DNA from: an uncultured Acidobacteriota bacterium
GTDB taxonomy: Bacteria; Actinomycetota; Acidimicrobiia; Spongiisociales; ZC4RG35
NCBI GenBank assembly: GCA_963828465.1
Contig: CAWHEU010000007.1
Location: 1-64,000 of the forward strand
DNA length: 64,000 nucleotides
Direction: 5' to 3'
Part shown: positions 1-9,846 of the stretch, piece after piece
Layout: each line of letters opens with the position of its first letter
How positions within the stretch are numbered: position 1 is the first letter of the stretch
Program-made: the position numbers and the translations under genes
The notes under the pieces: generated by a model
What the model was told of the DNA's origin: nothing
The model's input: the letters and a program-made list of their open reading frames with translations, nothing else
The model's database searches: none

Positions 1-2
1 AC

Positions 3-200
3 AAGACCGTGACCGTCGAGGTCCCAACCCAGCGAACCCACCCTCGATACGACAAGGTGGTGAGGCACAGCACCAAGTTCCATGCCCATGACGAGACCAA
101 CGACGCCAAGCTCGGCGACACGGTCCGCATCATGGAGACCCGCCCGCTGTCGAAGCAGAAGCGGTGGCGCGTGGTGGAAGTCGTGGAGAGGGCCAGATGA
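3..200 (+). CDS. rpsQ: 30S ribosomal protein S17 (5'-truncated by window)
   Basis: [42 protein letters not shown]; lies upstream of rplN. Confidence 0.97.
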   Translation, partial: KTVTVEVPTQRTHPRYDKVVRHSTKFHAHDETNDAKLGDTVRIMETRPLSKQKRWRVVEVVERAR

Positions 201-565
201 TCCAGCAGGAGTCCCGGCTCAAGGTGGCGGACAACACCGGTGCCCGCGAGGTGCTCTGCATCCGCGTGCTCGGGGGTTCTTCCCGCCGCTACGCCGGGGT
301 GGGCGATGTGATCGTGGCTGCGGTCAAGGATGCCAACCCGGGTGGGTCGGTGAAGAAGGGCGAGGTGGTCAAGGCTGTCGTCGTCCGCACCAAGAAGGAG
401 TCGCGCCGTCCGGACGGCACGTATATCCGTTTCGACGACAACGCATGTGTGATCATCGACAACAACTCCCAGCCCCGCGGGACCCGCATCTTCGGGCCGG
501 TGGCCAGGGAGCTTCGTGATCGCAAGTTCATGCGGATCGTCTCATTGGCACCAGAGGTTTTGTGA
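197..565 (+). CDS. rplN: 50S ribosomal protein L14
   Basis: [16 protein letters not shown]...IVSLAPEVL; ATGA overlap with the rpsQ stop. Confidence 0.99.
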   Translation: MIQQESRLKVADNTGAREVLCIRVLGGSSRRYAGVGDVIVAAVKDANPGGSVKKGEVVKAVVVRTKKESRRPDGTYIRFDDNACVIIDNNSQPRGTRIFGPVARELRDRKFMRIVSLAPEVL

Positions 566-870
566 TGAAGCTGAAGCATGGGGACAAGGTGATGGTGATT
601 GCCGGCAAGGACGCCGGCAAGGAGTCGCGCATCACACGCGTCATCCCGGACAAAGGCAAGGTCCTGGTCGAGGGGGTCAACACCGCCAAGCGGCATCGTC
701 GCCCCACAGGCTCGACCATGCAGGGCGGGATCATCGACAAGGACATGCCGATCGACGCCTCGAACGTGATGATCGTCTGTGAGAAGTGTGGCCCGACCCG
801 CATCGGTCATCGCATAGACGACAAGGGCAAGAAGCACCGGACATGTGTCAAGTGTGGGGGTGATCTATGA
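565..870 (+). CDS. rplX: 50S ribosomal protein L24
   Basis: KOW motif GDKVMVIAGKDAGK, VEGVN, PIDASNV; two CxxC motifs near the C-terminus. Confidence 0.98.
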   Translation: MKLKHGDKVMVIAGKDAGKESRITRVIPDKGKVLVEGVNTAKRHRRPTGSTMQGGIIDKDMPIDASNVMIVCEKCGPTRIGHRIDDKGKKHRTCVKCGGDL

Positions 871-1431
871 GCGAGCAACCACGTCTGAAGACCCTCTATG
901 CCGATCAACTCGCCCCGCGTCTCAAGGACGATCTGGAGCTTGCCGAACGTCATGCAGGTCCCGCGCCTCGAGAAAATCGTGGTGAACATGGGTGTGGGTG
1001 AGGCGGTTCAGGACAAGAAGTCGATCGACTCCGCCATGGACGAGCTCACCCTCATCACCGGGCAGAAGCCGAAGCTGAACCGCTCCCGCAAGTCCATTGC
1101 CAACTTCAAGGTGCGCGAGGGCATGCCGGTCGGCGCATCGGTGACCCTCCGCGGGACTCGCATGTGGGAGTTCTTCGACCGTCTGCTTGGCATCGCCATA
1201 CCGCGAATCCGGGACTTCCGGGGTCTCAACCCCCGGTCGTTCGACGGTCGGGGCAACTACAGCTTTGGGGTGACCGAGCAGCTGATTTTCCCCGAGGTCG
1301 ACTTCGACCAGGTATCGACGACCAGGGGAATGGACATAACGATTTGCACGTCAGCGACCAACGACGAGCACGCAAAAGCGTTGCTCGATGCCTTCGGCTT
1401 CCCATTCCGCAAGGCAACCACCGGGGTCTGA
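867..1431 (+). CDS. rplE: 50S ribosomal protein L5 (apparent extra base near 939-941)
   Basis: ATG 867 reads [11 protein letters not shown]...; the gene continues in another frame as [16 protein letters not shown]...FDGRGNY. Confidence 0.96.
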
Positions 1432-1444
1432 AGGAGGATTCTGA

Positions 1445-1630
1445 ATGGCAAAGAAATCGCTGGTCGTCAAGGCCAGCCGCAAGCCGAAGTACAAGGTCCG
1501 CGGGTACAGCCGATGCCAGCGCTGTGGCCGCGCCCGCGCCTACCTGCGTGATTTCGGCATGTGCCGCATCTGCGTGCGCGAGCTCGCCTCGCGTGGCGAG
1601 CTGCCCGGTGTGAGAAAGGCGTCTTGGTAA
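1445..1630 (+). CDS. rpsZ: 30S ribosomal protein S14, zinc-binding type Z
   Basis: 61 aa, RCQRCGR...MCRICVRE...PGVRKASW; AAGGAGG SD upstream. Confidence 0.98.
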   Translation: MAKKSLVVKASRKPKYKVRGYSRCQRCGRARAYLRDFGMCRICVRELASRGELPGVRKASW

Positions 1631-2025
1631 TGATGACCGATCCCATTGCCGACATGCTCACCCGGATCCGCAACGCGATTGCGGTCGGGCATGAGAGAGT
1701 CGTCATGCCGTCGTCGAAATTGAAGGTCGGCATTGCCCGCATCCTCGTCGACGAGGGCTTCATCGACCGATACGACGTCAAAGCCGATGGCGCCCTCAGC
1801 GAGCTCGAGCTCGTGCTGCGCTACGGCAACCGTCGTCAGCCCGCCATCGAAGGGATCAAGCGCGTGTCCAAGCCCGGTCACCGCGTATACCGGGGCGCCT
1901 CAGAGCTGCCCCGTGTCCAGGGCGGCCTCGGTGTCGCCGTGGTGTCCACCAGCCAGGGTCTTCTCCCCGACAGAGAGGCACGTCGCCGTCGTCTCGGCGG
2001 CGAGGTCGTGTGCGAGGTCTGGTGA
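1630..2025 (+). CDS. rpsH: 30S ribosomal protein S8
   Basis: [15 protein letters not shown]...[21 protein letters not shown]. Confidence 0.99.
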   Translation: MMTDPIADMLTRIRNAIAVGHERVVMPSSKLKVGIARILVDEGFIDRYDVKADGALSELELVLRYGNRRQPAIEGIKRVSKPGHRVYRGASELPRVQGGLGVAVVSTSQGLLPDREARRRRLGGEVVCEVW

Positions 2026-2026
2026 C

Positions 2027-2562
2027 ATGAGCCGTATAGGGAAGATGCCGGTGGACATGCCGTCCGGCGTCGACGTCAAGGTGGACGGGAGCCAGGTCAC
2101 CGTCAAGGGCTCCAAGGGCGAGCTGTCGCGCCAGTTCAACGACCGGGTCAGCTTCTCGGTGGAGGATGGTGTCATCACGGTCATCCGTGAGGATGACACC
2201 CGGGAGTCGAGGGCCTTGCACGGTCTGAGCCGCGCCCTCCTTGCCAACATGGTCCATGGAGTCTCTGAGGGTTTCACCAAGGTGCTCGAGATCCAGGGTG
2301 TCGGTTATCGCGCCAGCCTGAAGGGCTCCGATATCGAGTTGCTCGTCGGGTTCAGCCACTCCGTAGATGTGAAAGCTCCCAAGGGAATCACTTTCGAGGT
2401 GCCCGAACCGACCCGCATCGTGGTGTCGGGGATCGACAAGGAGCAGGTTGGCCAGGTCGCGGCGGACATCCGCAAGGTGCGCCCCCCGAGCCCTACAAGG
2501 GCAAGGGGATCAGGTACGCGGGTGAGTACGTGCGGCGCAAGGCCGGGAAGGCAGGTAAGTGA
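2027..2562 (+). CDS. rplF: 50S ribosomal protein L6 (one base missing at the C run 2482-2487)
   Basis: MSRIGK...GVGYRA; the conserved tail [11 protein letters not shown]...RRKAGKAGK* lies in the shifted frame. Confidence 0.97.
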
Positions 2563-2915
2563 TGCGAGGCTCACGCGAAGACGCCCGAAGCCGGCGTCAC
2601 ACCCGGGTCCGCAAGCGTGTCCATGGCACCGGAGAGCGCCCCAGATTGGCCGTGTACAGAAGCAACAAGTACATCTATGCCCAGGTCATCGATGATGTCG
2701 AGGGCCGCACGTTGGCCGCCGCCTCCTCCCAGGAGTCGGACTTGCGGTCGGACAACCTCAACCTCGCCGCCGCGACCAAAGTGGGTGAGGCAATCGCCAC
2801 CAGAGCGAAGGACGCCGGGGTGAAATCGGTCGTCTTCGATCGGGGCGGATACAAATTCCACGGCAAGGTCAAAGCCCTCGCCGATGCAGCACGCGAAGCC
2901 GGATTGGAGTTCTAA
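2562..2915 (+). CDS. rplR: 50S ribosomal protein L18
   Basis: [20 protein letters not shown]...[28 protein letters not shown]. Confidence 0.99.
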   Translation: MRGSREDARSRRHTRVRKRVHGTGERPRLAVYRSNKYIYAQVIDDVEGRTLAAASSQESDLRSDNLNLAAATKVGEAIATRAKDAGVKSVVFDRGGYKFHGKVKALADAAREAGLEF

Positions 2916-2919
2916 AACA

Positions 2920-3467
2920 ATGGCCCAGGACCAACAGACGACATTCGACGAGCGCGTCATCCAGATCAACCGCGTGGCCAAAGTGGTCAAGGGCGGCCGC
3001 CGCTTCAGCTTCACCGCTCTCGTGGTGGTGGGTGATGGGGCCGGCAAGGTCGGGATCGGATACGGCAAGGCCAAGGAAGTGCCGGCGGCCATCCAGAAAG
3101 GGATGGAGACGGCACGACGCGCCATGGTCATGATCCCGATGGCGGGTCAGACGGTGGTCCATCAGGCGACCGGTGAGCATGGTGCCTCACGAGTCTTGAT
3201 CAAGCCGGCCGCGCCCGGCACCGGTGTCATCGCCGGGGGGCGGTGCGCCAGATCCTGGAGGCAGCCGGCGTGAAGGACGCCCTGGCCAAGTCCCTCGGAT
3301 CGCCCACCCATCTCAATGTGGCCAAGGCTGCGATGAACGCCTTGACCGGGCAGCGCCGGCCCGACGAGGTCGCTCGTCTCCGGGGCAAGCAGGCGGAGGA
3401 CATCGTCCCTCCGGGACTGCTCGCCGCCTACCGCTCGACAGAGGCGATGCGGGCCCACTCCAAGTGA
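2920..3467 (+). CDS. rpsE: 30S ribosomal protein S5 (one G missing in the run 3235-3240)
   Basis: [16 protein letters not shown]...GTGVIAGG, then [11 protein letters not shown]...KSLGS in the next frame. Confidence 0.97.
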
Positions 3468-3474
3468 GGATTTG

Positions 3475-3660
3475 ATGGCTGACAAGATCGTGAAAGTGAC
3501 ATTGAGGAGATCGGTGATCGGCGAGAAGCCCAAGACCAGGGCGACCGTCGAGTCGCTCGGCCTGCGGAAGCTCCATCAGACCAAAGAGCACGTCGACTCC
3601 CCGTCCCTGCGCGGGATGCTGCACAAGGTGCGGCACCTGGTCGAAGTAGAGGAAGGCTGA
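3475..3660 (+). CDS. rpmD: 50S ribosomal protein L30
   Basis: VTLRRSVIG...LGLRKLHQ...[11 protein letters not shown]. Confidence 0.98.
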   Translation: MADKIVKVTLRRSVIGEKPKTRATVESLGLRKLHQTKEHVDSPSLRGMLHKVRHLVEVEEG

Positions 3661-3661
3661 G

Positions 3662-4123
3662 ATGGCCGAAGAGAAGAAGGAACAACTGAAGCTGCACCAC
3701 CTGCAGCCCGCCCCCGGCTCCAAGAAGGAGAAGATCCGGGTGGGCCGCGGCGAAGGTGGCCGACGAGGCAAGACCGCAGGGCGGGGCACCAAGGGGCTCA
3801 AGGCCCGCAACACCCTCCGTCCCGGTTTCGAGGGTGGGCAGACGCCGCTGTCGATGCGCATCCCCAAGCTCCCCGGGTTCACCAACCCGAACAAGGAGGA
3901 ATTCGCAATCGTGAACCTCGCTGCGCTGGACGTCTTCGACAAGGGGGCCGAGGTGACTCCCGACGAGCTGCGGAGCCGTGGCCTCATCCGGCACCGGGGG
4001 CGAGTCAAGGTGCTGGCACAGGGTGAACTAGACAAGGCCCTCAACGTGAAGGCTCATGCCTTCAGTGCCTCCGCCAAGGCCAAGATCGAGAAGGCCGGCG
4101 GAACCGCCGAAGTCATTTCCTGA
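3662..4123 (+). CDS. rplO: 50S ribosomal protein L15
   Basis: [30 protein letters not shown]. Confidence 0.99.
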   Translation: MAEEKKEQLKLHHLQPAPGSKKEKIRVGRGEGGRRGKTAGRGTKGLKARNTLRPGFEGGQTPLSMRIPKLPGFTNPNKEEFAIVNLAALDVFDKGAEVTPDELRSRGLIRHRGRVKVLAQGELDKALNVKAHAFSASAKAKIEKAGGTAEVIS

Positions 4124-4130
4124 CTTCGGG

Positions 4131-4165
4131 AACGTAGAACGTAAAACGTAGGACGTACAACACAA
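4131..4165 (+). repeat. Heptamer tandem array AACGTAG/AACGTAA/AACGTAG/GACGTAC/AACACAA
   Basis: Five in-register 7-mers ending immediately before the secY ATG. Confidence 0.85.
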
Positions 4166-5479
4166 ATGCTCTCCATCTACCGCAACATGTTCAAGATCCC
4201 GGACCTCCGGGCGAAGATCTTCTTCACCCTGTCCATGTTCGCGGTATACCGGCTTGGGGCCACGATCCCTGTCCCCGGGATCGACCTCGAGGCAGTGGCG
4301 CTGTTCCAGTCCCAGCAGGAGGCGGGTGGGATCTACGGGTTGCTCAACCTGTTCTCCGGCGGGGCACTCGAGTCGTTCTCTGTGTTCGCCCTGGGGATCA
4401 TTCCTTACATAACCGCATCCATCATCATGCAGCTGCTGACGGTGGTCATCCCCCGGCTCCAGGCCCTCCAGGAGGAAGGTGAGTCGGGCCGGAAGGTGAT
4501 CACCCAGTGGACCAGGTACATGACGGTGATCCTGGCCCTGATCCAGTCGACAGGCTTCACCTATCTCTTCCATGTCGGCCGCTTCACCGGTGGGATCGAC
4601 CTGATCCCCAACTACACGCCGGGCCGGGTGATCCTCATCGTGCTGACGATGACTGCAGGCACGGCGATGGTGATGTGGCTCGGCGAGCTCATCACCCAGC
4701 GCGGCGTCGGCAACGGGATGTCGCTGATCATCTTCGTCTCGATCCTCAGCCAGTTCCCCTTCGTGTTCGGCCAGATCTGGGGTCAGACATGGGGCGCTGA
4801 CCTGCCGATCCGGTTCATCGTGATCGTTGCCATCTTCCTTGCCATGATCGGGGCGATCATCTACGTGGACCAGGCACAGCGCCGTATCCCGATCCAGTTC
4901 GCCAAGCGGGTGCGCGGGCGACGGGTCATGGGCGGCCAGTCGACATACATCCCACTCAAGGTGAACACCGCAGGGGTCATCCCGGTGATCTTCGCCACCT
5001 CGGTGATGTTGATCCCGTCCCTGATCATCACCGCCATTCCCTCCGATGCTGCCTGGGTCCAGTCCATCTACCGATGGATCGACGGCAACCTCGGTGGCGG
5101 GACGGGCGGGGTGAGCTGGTGGTACATCCTCATCCTCTTCGCCCTCATCATCTTCTTCACCTACTTCTACACCGCCATCCAGTTCGACCCGGAGAAGCAG
5201 GCCGAGATGATCCAGCGACAGGGTGGCTTCGTGCCCGGGGTGCGCCCCGGACGGCAGACTGCGAGGCACCTCGCCTTCATCCTCAACCGGATCACCCTGC
5301 CCGGATCCATCTTCCTGGCGCTGATCGCCATTCTCCCCGCCATCGCCGGGGCGGTTTGGGAGATCAACATCGCCTTCTCGGGGGTCTCGATCCTGATCGT
5401 GGTCGGGGTCGCGCTGGAGACGATGAAGCAGATCGAGTCCCAGTTGACGATGAGGAACTACGAGGGGATCCTCACGTGA
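4166..5479 (+). CDS. secY: Preprotein translocase subunit SecY
   Basis: SVFALGIIPYITASII, GVGNGMSLIIF, AGVIPVIFA, VPGVRPG; polytopic membrane protein. Confidence 0.99.
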   Translation: MLSIYRNMFKIPDLRAKIFFTLSMFAVYRLGATIPVPGIDLEAVALFQSQQEAGGIYGLLNLFSGGALESFSVFALGIIPYITASIIMQLLTVVIPRLQALQEEGESGRKVITQWTRYMTVILALIQSTGFTYLFHVGRFTGGIDLIPNYTPGRVILIVLTMTAGTAMVMWLGELITQRGVGNGMSLIIFVSILSQFPFVFGQIWGQTWGADLPIRFIVIVAIFLAMIGAIIYVDQAQRRIPIQFAKRVRGRRVMGGQSTYIPLKVNTAGVIPVIFATSVMLIPSLIITAIPSDAAWVQSIYRWIDGNLGGGTGGVSWWYILILFALIIFFTYFYTAIQFDPEKQAEMIQRQGGFVPGVRPGRQTARHLAFILNRITLPGSIFLALIAILPAIAGAVWEINIAFSGVSILIVVGVALETMKQIESQLTMRNYEGILT

Positions 5480-6021
5480 GGATTCTGTTCATCGGACCGC
5501 CTGGCGCCGGCAAGGGCACACAGGCGGCCCGGGTGGCCGAACGTCTCGGCATCCCCCACATCTCCACAGGAGAAATGTTCCGTCATCACGTCTCGACCGC
5601 AACCGAGTTGGGCCGGCTGGTCGACTCGATAATGAAGGCGGGGGAGTATGTCCCCGACGAGATCACCGTCGAGATGCTGCGGGAGCGAGTAGCCGAGCCC
5701 GATGCCCGTGAGGGGTACATCCTCGACGGGTTCCCACGCACTGCAGGCCAGGTGGCAGCTCTCGATGGTTTGATCGGCGAAGACGGACTCGACACGGTGG
5801 TTGTCTTCGAAGTGGACGAGGACGCACTGGTGGAAAGGCTGCTGGGCCGGGGCCGGGCCGATGACACCGAGGACACCATTCGCAACCGCTTCAAGGTGTA
5901 TCAGGAGCAGACCGCTCCCTTGCTCGACCTCTACGTGCCTCGGGGCATCGTGGTCACCGTCGACGGGCTCGGCGAGATCGAAGAGGTGACCGAGCGCACC
6001 TTGAGGGCATTGGGTCAGTGA
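5476..6021 (+). CDS. adk: Adenylate kinase, short-LID type
   Basis: GPPGAGKGTQ, HISTGEMFR, LDGFPRT, GRGRADD; GTGA overlap with secY. Confidence 0.98.
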   Translation: MRILFIGPPGAGKGTQAARVAERLGIPHISTGEMFRHHVSTATELGRLVDSIMKAGEYVPDEITVEMLRERVAEPDAREGYILDGFPRTAGQVAALDGLIGEDGLDTVVVFEVDEDALVERLLGRGRADDTEDTIRNRFKVYQEQTAPLLDLYVPRGIVVTVDGLGEIEEVTERTLRALGQ

Positions 6022-6812
6022 TCACCATCAAGTCCCGACGCGAGTTCGCCAAGATGGCCAAGGCAGGCGCCGCCGTGGCCGCCATCCACTCGGCGGTGAG
6101 AGAAGCCGCCGCGCCAGGGGTGTCGCTGCTCGCCCTCGAGGAGATATCTGCCCGGATCCTCGAAGAGCGTGGGTGCTCCTCTTCCTTCCTCGGTTATCAC
6201 GGCACCTATCCCGCAACCCTTTGCCTCTCACCGAACGACGTGATCGTCCACGGCATACCTTCCGACCGGCGTCTCGAGGAGGGCGACATCCTCTCGGTCG
6301 ACGCCGGGGCGATCTTCGAGGGATTCCACGGCGACGCCGCGTTCACCATGCCGATTGGTCAGGTGAGTGCCGAGGCGCAGCGTCTGATCGACGTGACCGA
6401 AGAGGCCCTTTGGGTCGGCATTCGCGAGGTGCGGAAGGGTGGTCATCTCGGGGACATCGGGGCCGCGGTGGCCGAGGTCGGAAAGAGCAACGATTTCGGG
6501 GTCGTCGAAGAGTATGTGGGTCATGGCATCGGCCGTCAGATGCACGAGGAGCCACAGGTGCCCAACTACGGGCGCCCTGGTCAGGGGCTTCGCCTTAGAA
6601 CCGGGATGGCGCTCTGCATCGAGCCCATGTTCAACGCCGGCGCCAGACACACTTCTGTTGACGATGACGGGTGGACGGTCCGGACCGCCGATGGCTCCCT
6701 GTCGGCGCATTGGGAGCACACGGTTTGCCTGACACCCGATGGGTCCCACGTATTCACTGCCGGCGAAGAGCCGATTCCGGTGGAATTTGAGCAAAGTGCG
6801 GCCCGAGGGTAA
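6018..6812 (+). CDS. map: Methionine aminopeptidase type I
   Basis: [35 protein letters not shown]. Confidence 0.98.
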   Translation: MITIKSRREFAKMAKAGAAVAAIHSAVREAAAPGVSLLALEEISARILEERGCSSSFLGYHGTYPATLCLSPNDVIVHGIPSDRRLEEGDILSVDAGAIFEGFHGDAAFTMPIGQVSAEAQRLIDVTEEALWVGIREVRKGGHLGDIGAAVAEVGKSNDFGVVEEYVGHGIGRQMHEEPQVPNYGRPGQGLRLRTGMALCIEPMFNAGARHTSVDDDGWTVRTADGSLSAHWEHTVCLTPDGSHVFTAGEEPIPVEFEQSAARG

Positions 6813-6815
6813 CAT
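6787..6815 (+). promoter_or_regulatory. Putative sigmaA promoter for rpmJ and the alpha operon
   Basis: TTGAGC (6787-6792), 17 bp spacer, TAACAT (6810-6815). Confidence 0.5.
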
Positions 6816-6949
6816 TACGAGTCGTAGCGGCGCTTTTTCGCGTTGTTCAACGCGTATTCAGGCCCGGACGACATTGTCCCCTACCCCGAATCAGATTCTG
6901 GGTTCAGGTTGTCTCGTGCGATGGGCCAATTCGAGTTTTGGAGCAGATG

Positions 6950-7063
6950 ATGAAGGTGCGGCCTTCCACCAAGAAGATGTGTGAGAAATGTCGGATCATT
7001 CGACGTCGTGGCCGCGTCTGGGTGATCTGCAGCAATCCCCGTCACAAGCAACGGCAAGGATGA
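6950..7063 (+). CDS. rpmJ: 50S ribosomal protein L36 (not in ORF track)
   Basis: Hand translation [37 protein letters not shown]. Confidence 0.98.
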   Translation: MKVRPSTKKMCEKCRIIRRRGRVWVICSNPRHKQRQG

Positions 7064-7068
7064 TCTGA

Positions 7069-7446
7069 GTGGCACGTATCGCAGGAGTTGACCTTCCCAG
7101 AGACAAGAGACTCGAGATCGGGCTCACATACATCTACGGCATCGGGCTGACCCGCGCCCAGAAGGTGTGCAGTGAAACGGGCGTCGACCCCAGCACCAGG
7201 ATCCGTCAGCTCACCGACGACGAGGTGACCCGGATCCGCCGATTCATCGAAGCGAATTTCGAGGTCGAAGGCGACCTGCGACGGGAAGTCCAGCAGAACA
7301 TCAAGCGAAAGATCGAGATCGGCAGTTATCAGGGCATCCGCCACCGTCGCGGTCTGCCCGTGCGCGGTCAGCGCACTCACACCAATGCGCGCACCCGCAA
7401 GGGGCGTCGCATGGCCATTGCCGGCAAGAAAAAGGTCACCAAGTAG
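7069..7446 (+). CDS. rpsM: 30S ribosomal protein S13
   Basis: [34 protein letters not shown]. Confidence 0.99.
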   Translation: MARIAGVDLPRDKRLEIGLTYIYGIGLTRAQKVCSETGVDPSTRIRQLTDDEVTRIRRFIEANFEVEGDLRREVQQNIKRKIEIGSYQGIRHRRGLPVRGQRTHTNARTRKGRRMAIAGKKKVTK

Positions 7447-7459
7447 GAGTTTGCAGTAA

Positions 7460-7855
7460 GTGGCAAAGCAACAAGGCGCCAAGCGCGTGCGTCGTCGGGA
7501 GCGAAGGAACATCGCCCACGGCCAGGCTCACATCAAGGCGAGCTTCAACAACACGATCATCTCGATAACCGATCAGACCGGTGCGACCGTTGCATGGACG
7601 TCCGGCGGCTCGGTCGGTTTCAAGGGGTCCCGCAAGTCCACTCCATATGCGGCGCAGGTCGCAGCGGAGGAGGCGGCTCGCCGGGCCGGCGAGCACGGCA
7701 TCCGCAAGCTGGATGTGATCGTCAGCGGAACCGGCTCGGGCCGGGACACCGCGGTCAGAACCCTGCAGAACATGGGCATGGAAGTCACCTGGATTCGTGA
7801 CGTGACCCCCATCCCGCACAACGGCTGTCGCCCCAAGAAGCGAAGGCGCGGCTGA
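7460..7855 (+). CDS. rpsK: 30S ribosomal protein S11
   Basis: [31 protein letters not shown]. Confidence 0.99.
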   Translation: MAKQQGAKRVRRRERRNIAHGQAHIKASFNNTIISITDQTGATVAWTSGGSVGFKGSRKSTPYAAQVAAEEAARRAGEHGIRKLDVIVSGTGSGRDTAVRTLQNMGMEVTWIRDVTPIPHNGCRPKKRRRG

Positions 7856-8460
7856 TGGCTCGTTACACCGGACCCCGTCACAAGGCATGCCGGCGCGCCC
7901 GCACTCCCCTCTGCCAGTCGAAGCGGTGCCCGGTCGATCGTCGTCCGTATCCCCCCGGCCAGCACGGCCGCGGCCGTATCCGTGAGAGCGACTATCTCAT
8001 CCAGCTCCGCGAGAAGCAGAAGCTTCGCACCATGTATGGCGTCCTCGAGCGCCAATTTCGCCTCTATTACAAAGAAGCCGCTCGTCGCCCCGGCATCACC
8101 GGTGACAACCTCCTTCAGCTCCTGGAGCAGAGACTGGACAACGTCGTCTGGCGCGCCGGTCTCGCAGCCACCCGACCCCAGGCCCGCCAGCTCGTGAACC
8201 ACGGGCACTTCCAGGTCAATGGGAGGAAGGTGGACATACCGTCGTATCAAGTTCGTCCCGGTGACGTGGTCACCCTGAAAGACAAGAGCAGAGACGCAAT
8301 CGTCATCCAGCATGCCGTGGACACACAGGGACGCGAGGCTCCGGCCTGGCTCCATGTCGACCTTGGTGAGCGGAAGGTGGACGTGACCGATCACCCCCGA
8401 AGGGACCAGATCGACACAGCCATCAACGAGCAGTTGATCGTCGAGCTCTACTCGAAGTGA
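7855..8460 (+). CDS. rpsD: 30S ribosomal protein S4
   Basis: MARYTGP..PPGQHG..QLREKQK..RLDNVV..ARQLVNHGH..IVELYSK. Confidence 0.99.
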   Translation: MARYTGPRHKACRRARTPLCQSKRCPVDRRPYPPGQHGRGRIRESDYLIQLREKQKLRTMYGVLERQFRLYYKEAARRPGITGDNLLQLLEQRLDNVVWRAGLAATRPQARQLVNHGHFQVNGRKVDIPSYQVRPGDVVTLKDKSRDAIVIQHAVDTQGREAPAWLHVDLGERKVDVTDHPRRDQIDTAINEQLIVELYSK

Positions 8461-8469
8461 GGTAATGCC

Positions 8470-9414
8470 TTGTTGATTGTTCAGCGCCCCCAGATCGAAG
8501 AGGAAACGATCACAGATGTCAGGTCGAGGATCGTCGTCGAGCCTCTCGAGCCTGGATTCGGATACACCCTTGGCAATACCCTGCGTCGAACCCTCTTGTC
8601 GCGCATTCCCGGTGCTGCCGTAACGACGATCCAAATCGAAGGAGTCGAGCATGAGTTCTCGACCATCCCCGGTGTGGTCGAGGATGTCGTCGACATAATC
8701 CTCAACATCAAGCGGATCGTTGTCCGTCTCGAGGACACCGACACCCAGACGCTCTATCTCTCCGCCAAGGGCGCCGGCGAGGTCAAAGCCGGCGACATGA
8801 AGCTTCCCGCCGGCGTCGAGATCGTCAACCCCGATCTGCACGTCGCCACTCTCAGTGCCAGCGGTCGGCTCGAGATGGAGATGACCGTCGCCCCCGGTGT
8901 GGGTTATCGCACCGCCGACGGCAACAAGGGCTCGAGTTCGGTGATCGGAGTGATCCCGGTCGATTCCATCTTCTCTCCGGTGCGCAAGGTGTCCTACAAG
9001 GTCGAGAACACGCAGGTCGGTCAGATGACCAACTTCGATCGGCTCGTGCTCGACGTCGAGACAAATGGCGCTATCGAGCCCGGCGAGGCCATCTCATCGG
9101 CGGGCAAGACCCTTCGTGAGCTGATGGGTCTGTTCGCCGACATGGGCGAGGGTCAGGGTCTGGAGTTGGGCGAGGTCACTCCCGAATTCTCCGGTTCACC
9201 GGATCTCGAGCTCCCGATCGAGGCGCTCGATCTCTCGGAGCGTCCCCGCAACTGCTTGCGCCGTGCCCAGATCAAGACGGTCGGGGAGTTGGTGGAGCGG
9301 ACCTCGGACGACCTGCTCAACATCACCAACTTCGGTCAGAAGAGTCTCGAAGAGGTGACGGCCAAGCTCGACGAGCTCGGACTCAGCCTGGCGGACGCCG
9401 GCGGCAACCACTGA
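8470..9414 (+). CDS. rpoA: RNA polymerase alpha subunit
   Basis: EPLEPGFGYTLGNTLRRTLLSRIPG..DSIFSPV..NFGQKSLEEV. Confidence 0.99.
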   Translation: MLIVQRPQIEEETITDVRSRIVVEPLEPGFGYTLGNTLRRTLLSRIPGAAVTTIQIEGVEHEFSTIPGVVEDVVDIILNIKRIVVRLEDTDTQTLYLSAKGAGEVKAGDMKLPAGVEIVNPDLHVATLSASGRLEMEMTVAPGVGYRTADGNKGSSSVIGVIPVDSIFSPVRKVSYKVENTQVGQMTNFDRLVLDVETNGAIEPGEAISSAGKTLRELMGLFADMGEGQGLELGEVTPEFSGSPDLELPIEALDLSERPRNCLRRAQIKTVGELVERTSDDLLNITNFGQKSLEEVTAKLDELGLSLADAGGNH

Positions 9415-9764
9415 TGCCACGCCCCCGCAAAGGGCCTCGCTTCGGTGGCTCGCCGTCGCACGATCGAAAGATCATGGCCAATTTGGCCATCGAGCTCTTC
9501 CTGCACGAGAAGGTAACGACGACGCTGCCCCGCGCTCAGGCCGTGAGGCCATTGGCCGAGAAGCTGATCACGAAGGCTCGCAAAGGAGACCTTCACGCCA
9601 AGCGAACCGTGATGCGGACCATTCCCAACCGGGAAGCCGTGGTCAAGCTCTTCGACGACGTCGCCCCGCGATATTCCGACCGCCAGGGCGGCTATACCCG
9701 CATCACCAAACTCGGCCCCCGTCGTGGTGACGGCGCCGAGGAAGCGGTCATCGAACTCGTCTGA
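9414..9764 (+). CDS. rplQ: 50S ribosomal protein L17
   Basis: MPRPRKGPRFGGSPSH..GGYTRITKLGPRRGDGA. Confidence 0.99.
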   Translation: MPRPRKGPRFGGSPSHDRKIMANLAIELFLHEKVTTTLPRAQAVRPLAEKLITKARKGDLHAKRTVMRTIPNREAVVKLFDDVAPRYSDRQGGYTRITKLGPRRGDGAEEAVIELV

Positions 9765-9765
9765 T

Positions 9766-9826
9766 TGGGTGGTGGGTTCTGAGTGATGGGTTTTGGGAAA
9801 GAGCTCACAACCCAGAACTCACAACC
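9766..9826. repeat. Inverted pair of heptamer tandem arrays
   Basis: TGGGTGG TGGGTTC TGAGTGA TGGGTTT faces CTCACAA CCCAGAA CTCACAA; the arms are imperfect reverse complements. Confidence 0.8.
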
Positions 9827-9843
9827 GGCGCCCGTAGGGCGCC
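9827..9843. terminator. GC hairpin between convergent rplQ and a hypothetical gene
   Basis: GGCGCCC-GTA-GGGCGCC, no U tract. Confidence 0.45.
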
Positions 9844-9846
9844 TAC

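Noticed and set aside
2475-3245. Programmed frameshifting or phase variation in rplF and rpsE
   Set aside because: Single-base losses at C6 and G6 runs in essential genes, with similar breaks throughout the window, are best explained as sequencing error
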